Shown here: piece by piece, positions 12,755 through 25,706 of the stretch
Layout: each line of letters opens with the position of its first letter
How positions within the stretch are numbered: the first letter of the stretch is position 1
Assembly (NCBI GenBank): GCA_910592345.1
Contig: CAJVPI010000337.1
Location: 1 to 34,487 of the forward strand
From: Paraglomus brasilianum
Lineage: Eukaryota
Length of the DNA: 34,487 nucleotides
Reading direction: 5' to 3'
Position numbers and translations under genes: made by a program
Notes under the pieces: model-generated
What the model saw: the letters and a program-made list of their open reading frames with translations, nothing else
What the model was told of the DNA's origin: nothing
Database searches by the model: none

Positions 12755-14027
12755 CTAAATGTCAATGTCATCGCTCAGCATGTTGCCGCCAAGAACAACC
12801 TGCTCACCAGGTTTGAAAGATGGCATACCAAGATAAGGACACGTTGCACACCGGAATGCGTCTCCCAGGCTACACTAATAAGAGCGAATAATATGATGAC
12901 AGAATCAGTAATTAAAGATACTCTTCACGCTTCTAAATATAAACTCCATTTTGTAGATATACTTACGTTGCCGCAGGAAGACGCCGGAGGTATTGTGGTC
13001 TGTGCTTTGGCCTCGGCTTCTAATTGTTCGGCCAGCCCGCACGAGCAGTTCTTACATGCTTTTCGCTTCCCACTAGTCTCACAATCAGGCCCTGTATTGA
13101 TCATCATATTCTTTCGTTAAAATAAATAAAACGGTTGTATAAACAGTCGCTGAACCTTAGAGATTCAACGGTATGTACTACTCAACAGAGACCAAGGTGG
13201 AAATCCCTTGTAGCGTCGAGCGGTCAGTAACACTATACTTACGAACTAATGTATTCTTGTCTGGTTTAATTAAATCATCTTCATCCAATAGTTCATCTTC
13301 ATCTTCTAACTCGTCATTTTCAGCAGACATAGTCCAAATAGATTTCCTGTCTCCTCCGCTAATTCCACTCTTACTACCCAACTTCAATGCAAATGAAGCA
13401 CCTGTTTCGTAGGCAGGTTTCTTAGCAATGATCTCGACTATATGTAACTGGCCATCTAATGCACGCAATATGTCCTCTTTCTGATTCGGTTCTTTCACCT
13501 GCCAAGCTTCTATCATTTTAGCAATATCTTCTCGGGATACTTTGACAGCGTCTCGAATTTCAATATCCACGAACCCAGCAAGTTTTAGTTCACCCACGAG
13601 ATCTTGCGTGCTACGAGATACTGGTACATTTGGCAAGTTTTGCGGAGTGAGAAGAACTGGTTGCTTGAGATATAAAGCGCCATTTGGTACTAGGGAAGAA
13701 GACAATTTCCGAAGAGTTGTACTGGAATGAGGATGCAATGGTGTATTGTACTGGTTCGCGTATATGACATTGTATGTTGGAGACGAGAGTGACGCTGTTG
13801 TAGGGTAGAGAAATTAATAATTAGCAACGCCCGTCAAGGAAAAAAAAGTAGAATAGCAGGTATTCCAAGACGCTAAACTTACATTGAGAAATCTGATTTA
13901 CGTCCTCGAAGGTTATGTTATCGCCCTCAGCCCCCAGCTGTGCCCTGATTTCGTCACCCTGCGTAGTTTCAGAGTTGAAAGAGTCGATTACGAGAATCTT
14001 GCTGTTTGGATCGTATACTAGAAGCAT
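12755..14027 (-). CDS. DRE2: Fe-S cluster assembly protein Dre2/anamorsin (CIAPIN1). Exons 14027-13883, 13794-13243, 13091-12967, 12874-12755.
   Basis: Acidic linker [34 protein letters not shown], and [29 protein letters not shown] (CX2CX7CX2C). GT-AG introns in phase. Confidence 0.95.
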
Positions 14028-14344
14028 TTTATTATTTTTATTTGCAGAAAGAGGTTGTCGGGTTGGGTGGTTTTTGATCTGTGTGTGGCTATGTGGTCTG
14101 TTATTATGATTATCGTCATCCAGCGGATATTCTGTCGGCAAATACATACAAAAATCTCGGTGTAACACAACACTGCATAAAAATCGTGTGCAAGGCCACG
14201 AAAAAACGCGGTATGAATTGGAGCATTGTCTTCTTGAAAACGTAAGTATTTGACTCAAAAAAGGCAATGGATTTTTTTGCAGAATTTCTATATATCCATT
14301 TGCGTTAATTTTTACCTTCTATTAAAACACGGTCTGGGCCGATT

Positions 14345-14478
14345 ATTGACGACGAAACATCCCCCCAATGCTTATAAGTTGGAACCAAGCAGTCGACAGC
14401 ATACGCTTCTTTTGGCTGACGCCAAACCCTTACGTGTGCATCATTTTGATACAAGGTAAAACGGGATTCTCTCTCAAT
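14345..14478 (-). mobile_element. Tc1/mariner transposase fragment (region of the first catalytic Asp)
   Basis: ESRFTLYQNDAHVRVWRQPKEAYAVDCLVPTYKHWG matches the Tc1 pattern (SD)ESRFxLxxxDGxxRVWRxxxExYxxxCxxPTVKHGG. Flanks are not homologous. Confidence 0.8.
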
Positions 14479-15320
14479 TTTATCATCATTCTGATTTATT
14501 AATACAAGTATTATAAAAACCATATTTCTAAGGCTCTCGTACAATGAATTAGATTAGTAGAATCTACTAATATCCGTCCTTCGTTGAATAGTTGATAATA
14601 TATCATGGACAAAAAGCGAGAAGAGGTGGGGCCAGAAGGATCAAGTTGTTTTAAGCAGCGGCCATGAGGTGGCTAGAGAATATTTGCGGTGGGATTAAAA
14701 TATTATATCATATTGATTTACATAGTCGGATATGTTAATAATAATATCCATTTTACATAAACGTGTCACATATATGTTCTCACGTTTTACACAAGCATGT
14801 AATTGTGCTCTACATTAAATATGTCCGTCTCTTGTTTTGACTTATCCATGTCAATTCACGCTGTGCTTTACATAGTTGACATTCGCTGAATGAATGGTAA
14901 GAATGTGTGACTGGGCTGCTGCAACTGTGTTTATCGATAACTGGTAAATATCATCGATAATCGGGGGCACTTTATAACAATAATCCGGTCATTTCATGTT
15001 CTTGTTATTATTATATAGCATTGGAGGTTGGAATAACTGTCAAATAGTGTTCGAATTGGCATGGATGATACAAATAGTGCTGGTGAAATGTATTAGTATC
15101 AACTCCTGTGAGCCCAAACTGTGTGATAATCACGATAGGAGCCATTACGTCGTCAACATCAAACGCCAAGGAAATGTTTCCTTCTTCTAAATCTTACTTA
15201 GTACTTGTGACTGTTTTATTAAAGACTTAACAAAATGCCAAGGAAACATGTTTTCTTCTTCCAACAGTTAAATCTTAGTACTTGCGAAATTAATTCTATT
15301 CTATTAAAAACAAAATCAAA

Positions 15321-16850
15321 ATGTCTAACTACTTCATCAACAACGCTGGTGCCAACGAGAAAGTCATCACATTCGAAGCATGGTTAGTATGGCAGAAATT
15401 GAACAATACAGACTTAGATAACAGAGCTGCAAAGCAAGGGTATATCGGTGAGGTAGATGCAGCTATGGACCAGCGGAAAAGTCTGAAAAATACACTCTCC
15501 CAACATAGGCAGAAAGCTAGCAACTTGAATGCTGTAAGTTTTGTTTTTATTTCACTAAACTTGATTGAAATGATGGATCCGGATTTCATGCCATGCTCCT
15601 TATTATTCGTGATGGTACCCATAGGTTAAGCTGCGTTTGTAAGCGAGAAGAAAGAGATATTAATTTTTTGAATATGAAAACATATTATATAGCTTCTGAC
15701 ATCCAATTTCTATAGCGGAAGTTCTGTTTTTCACAATTTATATGTTTTTTTTAGACTGGCGTAGCTCAAGCAGTCGCAAAGGCTAACACATTGATATCGT
15801 TGTCATTTAAGAATCGATATTAATATTAATATTTGAACGTATTGTAGATAATGGAGCAGTCATATCAGGAAACCGCTGAGAGAGCTGCTTCAGCAGCATA
15901 AGAAAGGGTTAAGGTACAGTATGATTGAGTGAGTAGTGTGCTAGAAAACTTTATATTTTTCTTACCACAATTTTGTGTAGGCGAAGACAGAACGCGAAAG
16001 GGTACGTAACTTGCTGTTGAAGGAATTGGGGCGAAGACAGAACGCGAGAGGGTGCGTAACTTACTGTTGAAGGAATTGAGGCGGTTACCATGTCGAGTTG
16101 GGAGCGGGGAGCGGGAGCGAAATAAGGAATAATCTGGTAGGTGACAATAATGATTGATTGTCATTTTATATTAATATAATATTATTTGTTGATTTATAAA
16201 ATTAATAATTTATAGAAGATTATTCCAACAATTGAGGACAAAGGGGGACGTAATCCACTCGCGACAATAATATAATCCTCCCGCGACAATAATGTAGTCC
16301 ACCCGCGACATAAACTACTTGATGAGATGCATGAGAATGGGGAAGTGGTGAATCCCCTACGACCTATAGCAGCCGGTGTCCTCGATACAAGTGGGTTGGA
16401 CAGTGTTTGGACCAGATGAGGAACTTTATAATTTCTTAACACACGACGGAGCGAATAAAATTGCTGAGACACTATATATTTATTTAAAAACTTATAATAT
16501 AGGATTTATATACCTTATTACTAATTCTTCCTATATTAGCATGACTAGAGTAGAGGACTTGGAGAGTAGACTGCTACAGACAAAGCCTTAGCCATCCACC
16601 GCCAGCATATACTAATCCAAATATTCATGGCACAATTCCTATAATGTGTCGGGAATTGATAAGTAATTGCCAGGCAAAGGAGGTTTGTGATAAAGTTGTT
16701 TTGATCCAACCTGTCGATCTCCCAAGGGGTTTGGCAGATGTTAAGCTGCAGGTTCATGCGGCAAAACATTTAACTCATCTGGGAACACACCGTTTAGACT
16801 TTATTCGATGTAACCGGGTATTCGAGGAAAAATATAGGGCGCCCAAATAA
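15321..16850 (+). pseudogene. Decayed multi-exon gene of unknown family
   Basis: ATG at 15321 in an AAAATG context, 71 codons, then a GTAAGT donor at 15534. A later exon-like piece IMEQSYQETAERAASAA*ERVK|gt has an internal stop, then tag|AKTERERVRNLLLKEL is duplicated out of frame. Further broken coding-like pieces extend to 16850. Confidence 0.4.
15981..16078 (+). repeat. Tandem duplication with 50-bp period
   Basis: gcgaagacagaacgcgaaagggtacgtaacttgctgttgaaggaattg followed by gcgaagacagaacgcgagagggtgcgtaacttactgttgaaggaattg (3 differences). Confidence 0.9.
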
Positions 16851-17546
16851 TGTCAAGAATTACAGTGAAGGGATAACAATTAACAGTAGTTTATGTTTAA
16901 TTAATATTAATTAAGAATTAAACGGGTTCAATATTTCTTTTTATTAAATTATTCACTATTCATAAATAAAGTTTTTGTTCGAGAGCATACTATTATTGAT
17001 TGACATGACGTGATGTTATCGAGTATTTTGATTATCACGTATAACAATTCTGATATGGGTCGACAAACGTATGAAAAAGAAATGATCACAGCTTTTTTTT
17101 TTTACGCGATTATTTTGTTCATTATTTGTTACATAATAAATAATCTTTTATTGAATTCTGCATTACGTGTTTATGAAGCATTTTCGTGTAAAATTTAGCA
17201 GCAAAAAAAAATTCTCAAATCGAATACACTTGACTATGAAATCCAAGAAAGCTGGTATCCCTCACTATTGACCAAGAAAGAACGGGTCATTAGTATATAT
17301 AATAATAAATTTTGTTGTCATTAAATTCTGTATCAATTTCACGGTAATTGCATTGCTTTACTACAAGAACAAGATATTCGGGCAATCTTGATGGTGGCTT
17401 TTTTGCGCTTTTAAATTTGTATGTGGATTAACTTTAAATAGTTGAGTCGCATAACCTAATTTTAACGTTTTCCGTAGGATAAAATTCAGCCCAAGGTAAT
17501 CCGTTTAACATCTTGCGTTTTACTTCTCATTTATTGCAAATGTAGA

Positions 17547-17577
17547 GGGTGGTCGGTAACTTTTGAGACAGACTGTA
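17547..17577 (-). mobile_element. Solo Tc1-like terminal inverted repeat
   Basis: Reverse complement TACAGTCTGTCTCAAAAGTTACCGACCACCC has the TA+CAGT...CAAAAGT form typical of Tc1 ends. No partner end found. Confidence 0.4.
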
Positions 17578-17943
17578 GTAGGCAGCCATTCATCAAATTA
17601 TCAGAATTATTGATTATAGAAAACCCATTTACATACACAGCGAAGATGAATGATTCCCGAAGTTTCCGTTTACATAATTAATACCAAGTTACAACATATG
17701 AAATTACACAAAATACACTTTGCCTTCTTTACATTATATAAATAATTATAATTCCTCAAGGCTTGACCACAGAATCTTTTTTCGAGGTTAGACTGAATAT
17801 GAAAACAGAAGTAGTCCATAAAATTAAACTTTTTCGCGCGCAAGATCCAGTCTCATCATACGTGTTGATTTTCGCGCCAGCGCGTTTTCAGGGATATAAA
17901 GAATAATACATTTTATACAGTTTCTATCCTCTATGCTTCTGTT

Positions 17944-20900
17944 TCACCGTGATACAAAAATGTCACTGTAAAACCTGTCATAAAGTTTACCGTCAGTAAT
18001 CACGCGTAAAGATTCTATCATACTAACACGAACTGGAAACATACTCAGATATAGTTCCGCTGCCTTTATGACGTCTGTGTATTTCTTCAATAAAGTGCCG
18101 TCGGACGGCATAACTAACAATTGATCGATTATAGTTTGTAAACGTAATCAGCTACGTTGAACCAAGAATAGGGCGAGTTACTTACGGTTTCCTGTAATTT
18201 TCCAATAAACGCCGACATGCTTCGTGAGCTGATATTGCAGTGTTCCGAACAAGAAGTCCAAGCGCATGTCGGCTTACAATCATACCATCCACCAATGGAC
18301 CAAAATACTGTAATTGACGTCATAATTGTCAATTTCCTTTTAACGACAATGAAATACGACATTGCCATCCCGAAATTAAGCTATTTCCCAATACAAAAAA
18401 CTCACCAGATGATTTTCTGCCAATTTGGTAGATACATTCCATATCACGCTTTTCCCTTTCCCAATCTTCTTATCCGAATGCAAAAGCGTAGGAGTAATTA
18501 TCTTTATCCAATACAATCCTGTAGCATTCTGTAGTGGATGTACACAAATGTAAACCAATCCTGACATTCCTATTTTATGTGGAAGGCTATGCATGCCTCT
18601 TAAATCTTCTATCCATATTATGACTACGTAATCATCGGCTGCTACATTTCGAAAGATGTCTGTGAGAGATCCAGCATAATCAGCATTTGTTTCGGGTTTG
18701 CGGATGAGGATCGGTACATTGAAAATAATTTCGACTGTTCTGTCAGCAAAGTACGGAGCTGTTTTACAGATCTTGTGACTCAGTTTGCCTTTATATCCTG
18801 GATGACTTTCGAGTGCCATCTGCGAAGATAATAGGAATGTAAGTTTATAGTAGAAAGTGAATAAGATAACAAAATACGTACGGGCCATCCGAGCGCATTT
18901 AGAAACTTTTCAAAATCATCGTCATAACTTTCAAGATCGATCAATTTTTCGTAGTCGACTTCTCCGGAACTGGCATAATATACTGAGGCAGTCATGTAGT
19001 CTCGTCTAATGAGCATTGAGTAATTTATATTAAGCGGTTTATCACAATAGAAGCTCACTTGGTAACCCAAGCAGAATTGCTGTCTATACTTACTCGTGGA
19101 ACCCATCCAATTTCTCTAAATCATCTATGAATCTTCTTGATATTCTCAAAGGAATGACGCGATGGCGATTTTCGAGGCTAAATGACCCCATTTGCGCGAG
19201 AAATAGCCGGAAAACCTGCGGGCTGTAAACACAACATTAGATACTGATAGATACTATGTGTGAATGCGTCATTTCCTACCTCTCTAAATATGTATTCAAT
19301 CCCGGCGGAACTGCCTTACAACTAATAATACAAGGACAATAAGAATTCAGTACGCTTATAAAGATATAGCTAAATACGAAAAATAATTACCTCTGCTGAC
19401 TTTTATTGTTCCACTTTTCGATAAATACACGCTCCTCGACTTCTTTTATCTTCTGTGTTAATTTCTTAACAACGTTAAACGCTCTCTTACGCTCATTTTG
19501 TTTATCCAGCAAGCTATCTAAAGTAGGTATGGCATGTTTTTCAGCATATGCATTTACGTCGGGCACGTCGAACGTATTATTAGTGCTTTGATTGTTGAAC
19601 AACAAATATGATGGTGTCTCAGCCCGGGTAGGCGATGACGGCCCGGAATCATTACTGAGAGGCGGTGAATTTGGTATATCTTTGGGATGCTCATTGTCTT
19701 GTTGAGAGTTTGGCTTGTAACGCATGTGTGTTGTCCAGGAATATTTTCCAGTTGAATCACGGATTATTATTATGACTGATGGTGCATCCTTACTATCATC
19801 CAATTCTTGACCCTTAGCTACGCGCTCAAGCCATGCGGCATCCTTGGGCATTTCAACAAACCCCAATATGACCCGACCATCAATCATGAAATAACGAACA
19901 AGCTCCGTGGTCGTTCTGTTGAGCTCTCGCGATGCCGTAAGTTGTGCATGTGCGAGGTTCAAATCATTCTTGAACAGAGTAGATACTCTGCTTGGGCCAA
20001 CATTCTCCCCCCATGCTGGAAAGTTGCCCAAATGGTTGACAAATTGTGCCATTGCTACTTCAGCTGCAAGTTTAACATCACTTTCTCCTTTCCTGCCACA
20101 TCGAGCAGATGCGCTGTTATTCGGAATACTTTCATTGCTTGATGTGGCAGCTTTATTCCCTCGCTGTATGAATAACTTATTTGGTGTGTTTTCTTTCCGA
20201 TTCTTTTTCTTATCCGTCTGCGCATTTGCCTGGGAAGCGCTGTCATCCTCGTCTGTGATGATGGAGATTCCCCGACTAATAGTCGTGATAACTGCCTCAT
20301 GACAGTCACGGTCACCGACTATCCATTGTCCAACGAGTATCCAACGCATCATACAATCATATGCTTTCTCAACCAGATGGTATGTTACAGCCTAGCGTCC
20401 AAATGGTAATATTGACTTAGACGAATAATTCATATAATAAATATTTTCCAATGATACGTACCAATCCACCACATGCACCTGCGAGCATATTGTCTATATA
20501 TCGAGAAAAAACCAACACAAGTTCCCTGGTACAATTCTATGTGGCAAACATGTCAATAAAAATTTTACGAATCTTAGCGAGCTTCCTTTGTCAACATTGT
20601 TACTAACCCGACTGTCTCTCTGAATGTAATGATACAATCCTACAAAGTCTTTTAGAACGTCAAAAGCACAGGCCGTCACATCTGGTGGAAGATTCATTGT
20701 CAACAACTGCAAGTGAGTTTGATACTTTAGCATGTTATACTCAATAACGGTCGAAATAATGTATTAACTAACAATCACCATTTCTTGTATAGACTTCACA
20801 ACGGCACCGACTAGTCCGGGACAGAAGGCAACGTCTTCAATTACGTAGACGTTAATAAGGTGAAGCAGATATCGAAGATTATATGACGACGTCTCAGTCT

Positions 20901-22990
20901 TTAGCGACAGAAGAAGCAGCTCCAAGATATGGTATTTCAACTGTAATATACATTTGTTATTAGCATAGAATAAGCGTAATGAGTATCTTTTTGTTGGCGT
21001 AAAAGTAGACGACCATTACCAATAACATATATCTGATGATTCTGCTAGCCTCTTTTCCAAGGAAAACCTCAACTTACAGCTGTGAACGGTTGGGTTGATG
21101 GGTCTTTATGGATTTTTTCTCTCAAGTCTTCTTCAGAGTACAAGACACGTATCTGTATATGTTATAGTTTAACATCCTATCCAATGAAAACACAGAAATG
21201 TCAAAGACAAACTTACTAGTTCGTGTACAACCACTTCGTCTGGATCGTTGACAACTTTATCACCGTTTTGGTGCATTCCAAGATCCCAATTCTCTTTCAG
21301 AGAAACCTTTTCAAAATGATTGGGTAAACACATTATGGCGCCTGCTGCACGGATTGCCGCTAGCCGTAATTCTTCGAGTGTAAGATGCGTCTTAAAGTTG
21401 GATGCCAACTTGGGTAATACCATTTTAATGCCTACAACAAAGTCTGGTACCATCATTCTTACGCCTTCAAGATCAGTTGCAAATAATGAAGTAGTGTTCA
21501 TTAGAATAGTTGGCAAGCAACTATCTACGCGTAATCCTTCAGTTAAAGCAAGATAGAACTGCGTTATGTAAGTACGATGCAATGTCTCGCGGGGCTGAGG
21601 TGTGCAAAATATTCGACATAGAATACCAAACGCTTCGGCTCTTCCTTGTTGAGCATCAGCATCCTTTCGCGTCATGGAGCATGCTTCAAAAAGCCAGGAA
21701 GCAAACATACGTAATATGGCGTTACCATTCGCCATAGAATCAAGCGAATTTTCAGCCTCATTGCTTCCTACTTTGTTATAATTAGACGTTCCCACTGAAT
21801 GCAATACTTCTATTATACGTCCAACACCATTGATAGCCAATGCAAAATTGGTTGATGGCAACCTGCATGGATTATCAATCAAATATATCATTCTATACCA
21901 CGCATAGCGAACATATTCGTTCGGTAAATCTAATCCAACATTATATCCACCAACCGAAATATTGACAACCTCAGCCCCCTCTCGTGGCCCATATAATATT
22001 CTGACTATTCTCTGCGTTAACCCTAAAATAGCTGCATTCCACTGATTAATGGCCTGTTGTCTATGTGTCCATTTGTTAAAACACTTTTGCAGAATGTCCC
22101 ACATATCGACTTCCTGGATTTTAGATCTGAGCCATAGCTCAAAAAGCACACGCAGTAAATGTTCGCATAGTTCATCACCCATACTCATAGTCACGTATCT
22201 ATCAGAGTTGTTGTCTGAGCTTACAGTCGATATATGTTCACGAAGCAAATAATCCGTGATGCCTAATACAACTTTCAAAAGTACTCGCCAGGTTTCTTCT
22301 GAAAATTGAGATCCTAATGTGCGACCTGCCATCGTTAATACTATCAAAACCCCTTTACATAGCTCTACATGTCGTTGGAAATCGTTGTAACTCGACAAGG
22401 CACTGGCACTCGCTGGAAAATTTGGCGCTGTCGGTGTGGATGTCTGGGATGTATTACTAGAGGATGTACGCGGCCGAAAGAGTAGGGAATAGTGATGAAA
22501 TATCACCTAAAGGCAGAACAGACACGGTCATTATGAAATTGAACTTGTTTCTTAAATAAATGTAATTGACAAACCTGCCAAAATCGCTGTTCTTCGGGTT
22601 TTCCATAAAGATCCCTTATAGCCGCTGGTCGGCAGTTAGGCTCAAATAGCCATTGAGAATACAATTCTTTTGAATTGGCCGTAATATCCATTTCCTCCAG
22701 TGGCAGGGCAAATCCTTGCCCGACGGCCTCCATTACCCATTGTACGTGAGCTGGTGAAGGTAAAAGCGAAGAATCACGTGTTTGAAGGAGTGTTTGAGTT
22801 ATCTCTGAGATGAGACTTTTCTGAACATTCAGAGGAAACTTTGACAAGACACCACTATCTTCATATTGCAAAACGATTGAGGTAATGTTAGACGAAAGTT
22901 GATACTTTATTGAAGAAATAAGAGAATGATTGCAATCGCACCAGGATTGTGTTCGAGCAGTCCTAATTCTGTTATCCAATCTAAAAACAT
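17944..22990 (-). CDS. RALGAPB: Ral GTPase-activating protein subunit beta-like protein (Rap-GAP family), 15 exons
   Basis: Begins MFLDW, then VQWVMEAVGQGFALPL, EETWRVLL..LGITDYLL, VLFELWL and KWTHRQQAINQW...LTQRIVRILYGP. C-terminus has FEKFLNALGWP, EIIFNVP, GPLVDGMIVSRHALGLLVRNT and EFYSDIF. These recall animal RALGAPB along its length. All 14 introns are GT-AG; first exon 22990-22942, last exon 17974-17944. Confidence 0.85.
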
Positions 22991-23384
22991 ATCGCGATAG
23001 ACACTATTTCCGGACAGTTAACGTATTTTCGCCTCCAGATCTATACGAAAGTGTTACGATTCGGCAACCAGCCAAAAGAGCTTGGAGAGATGAGGGAGTT
23101 GGCCCTTATGGGCGGAGTAAAATCTGTGCCACGAACGTGTGTCATGTGATAGCGATACGATAGATATAACGCGCTAATTGTATGGGTGAAGAAAGCAATG
23201 CTTTTCACGAGCGGTTGTCAGTACTGTTCGGGAACACGCAGACGGTAAGAATGCTGTGAACTGTCATAAATAACTACAATACATAGGAATTGACATCTCG
23301 CCACTCGAATCCATCGATTGCGTCTCACTTTCCTAACCACACAGCCTTCCAAAAGAAGAGGCGTTTCAAGCCCTCTCTAGGTCC

Positions 23385-24050
23385 GAGCAAGATATATTTT
23401 AATGGCCAACTGAAAGCAATGAATGTCGACGTCTTAAAAAGAAAACGCGTACTAGTAAGAGAACTTTTTATTATTGAGATCGCAATACGCCACTTTGTCA
23501 GAAAACGTATCTCAATACAGTAATATGTTAGGAATTGGTCGCATTCATTTGGAAAACGTCAGAAACCACCTAGCGACGAATGGTATAAGACCACGCGTTC
23601 ACGGTAATGTAAAGAGTGCCGGGGTACAATTCTCCAAGGTTACCAACCGATTGGCTGGGGGACGTACGTAATAATAAGTTTATTGTCTGTGATTGATAAC
23701 GCGTATGTCTCTACATATAATATTGTTGTTCACTTTTTTGCGATCCTGCTGTGTATATAGGCCACATCAGGCACTATATGCTCTCAATGGAAAACATACA
23801 ACCGTTGCTGCCGCCGTGAAGAAAATTCATGGACTGGCAAGTCCTGGTACGTTAATCGCATTACTCAATTGCTTACTTTTACCAGCCGAAACTAGTTACA
23901 AATCAGTCTATCGCGATGTTATTGCAGGTCTCGAAAACGATAGCACGTTGAAATTGTTAAAATATGATGGCTCCGCAAGTTATTATTATCCACCAATTAG
24001 CGCCTTATATTCAAATTATGAGTCCAAGAACCGATTTATGTGGCTAACAG
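23385..24050 (+). mobile_element. Degenerate Sola-like DNA transposase relic, copy A (N-terminal half)
   Basis: Frame-broken peptides MLGIGRIHLENVRNHLATNGIRPRVHGN, IHGLASPG...LLPAETSYKSVYRD and HQLAPYIQIMSPRTDLC. I recall the PRVHGN and PxxDxC motifs from Sola-type transposases; the superfamily is unverified. Confidence 0.6.
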
Positions 24051-24149
24051 AACAACATTGATTACGTACAAAAATACGAATCCAAACACTAGTAATGTTG
24101 ACCTTGCCAAGTGGATAAAGCAATCATATAACCTTGTTATGCATTAGAG

Positions 24150-24570
24150 CAGAGACAATAAATGTGAAGACATCTGTAATGACGCGCCCCCAAAGGTGCC
24201 TAACCACCTTCGGTGCATAAAACTCAAGTGATTTATATGATTGGCATCTTCAAATCGTAACGTGACCCTAATGCACATGTAATAGGCTATGGTACGCTGA
24301 GCATGGTATTCGATGGACTGTGGAGTTAAGAAATTGAATGAAGGCGAAAAATGTCTAAAGATTACTTGTGACAACGCGGATGGACAGAATAAAAATAATG
24401 CATCACCAATGTAATGGCAAGTGATGTGCTCACTTTTGACTTCTCTTCAACAGCAGGTATTGCATTGAGCCTGTGTTTCTGGTGAGGCTGGCTTGAGCAG
24501 CTGGCAGTGGTTTGGAAAATGACTAATTTGCTCATGGATGGAAAAAAAAAGTGACCGAACAAAAACAGCT
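24150..24570 (-). mobile_element. Inverted fragment of a related transposase catalytic region
   Basis: GHFFFPSMSKLVIF ... TSLAITLVMHYF ... TIAYYMCIRVTL..ED...LSFM follows the motif order GPIYFxxxxKxxIFG ... TISxxHHYF ... YxxWRV ... LSF of the same family. Heavily decayed. Confidence 0.4.
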
Positions 24571-24709
24571 TAATGAGCTGGTAATAATACCAGTATACGA
24601 TTATAAAAAAGCCTTACCGTTCTTGGAGATAGGTTGCAACTGTGGTTGCTCAAAAATGATTCTGAGAACAAATTTGCTGGATTACGCGAGGCATTTCAAG
24701 TTCTCTTAG

Positions 24710-25295
24710 AACAAGATATATTTTCAATGGCCCAGCTGATGAATGGCGGGGAAATCTACTGCCAGCCGACGTCTTAAAAGAAAACGCGCACTAATAAAAT
24801 AACTTTTTATTATTGGGATCGCAATACACCACTTTTTCAAAAAACGTATCTCAGTATGTTGGGAATTGGTCAAACTTACTTCGAAAACGTCTGGCAGTAT
24901 ACCGCGTGTACATGATAATGTAAAAAAGTGCCACGATGGAAAACAAAATAACCATCCATAAAGAGGAGTGTTGGAAATTATGCTGAAATACGTGGTGATA
25001 GAAATGTCAACTGTACTACTCAATTGAAAAATACAAAAAACATCTGGTTAAGGTTAAGTCAGAGAGAAACTATTACAACAAAAAGATGAAACTAGCAGAA
25101 GAACAAAGAAATTTGGTAGATGAACACTTCATGACGAGAGGTAATGTAGCATTGATGCTACCGCTCATTACAGTTACGATTGAGCACAAAACGTTCACGC
25201 TCCGCATTCTGATCAACTATCGCGAGGAACTTTTATTCACAACGAGATGCTCGCTAAAGCCCAGTTTAAGCTGTTGCATTCTGATCAACAGGTAG
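24710..25295 (+). mobile_element. Degenerate Sola-like transposase relic, copy B
   Basis: About 24712-24932 is a diverged paralog of about 23388-23620 (shared caagatatatttt, cgacgtcttaaaa, actttttattattg, aaaacgtatctca). Downstream AHYSYD*AQNVHAPHSDQ resembles the HYSFDxAQxVxxP first-Asp motif. Confidence 0.6.
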
Positions 25296-25706
25296 CAATT
25301 TGTGGTTATTATGAAAGTATCGAACCATCAAAGCCAATTGCTCATCTAGTTCTGTTGACATTTCGACTCTTCCAGTGTTACCAACTTTAATAAAGCACAG
25401 ATCTCGAAATTGCTTTATCGTAATATATATAATACGACCCATATCCTTGAACTGCATACTAATACTAGTACTAATGCAAGACTTAATTACAGGCACACAA
25501 TAGAACATTTGTTTATAGTAATAACGCAGTTAACGTTTCAATAGAAAGTAAATATTTTTATATACGTCGGTGATAACGTCAGCTCATCGTTACGAAGGAC
25601 CCGATAAATATCCCGGCATTCGTAAGCAATTTCGGACACTCCCGACGGCTCTTACGTTTAAATTAATATGGGCAAGCATTAAAAAAATCTTTGTGCTGTT
25701 ACGAAA

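Noticed and set aside
17831..17878. Two TTTTCGCGC E2F/SCB-like motifs
   Set aside because: They lie just 3' of the RALGAPB stop with no gene start nearby, and short motifs alone are insufficient.
18023..18044. Apparent RALGAPB stop at 18025-18023
   Set aside because: A GTATGT donor at 18044, a CTGAC branch and an acceptor at 17975 give the family-like ending EFYSDIF, so this stop is most likely intronic.
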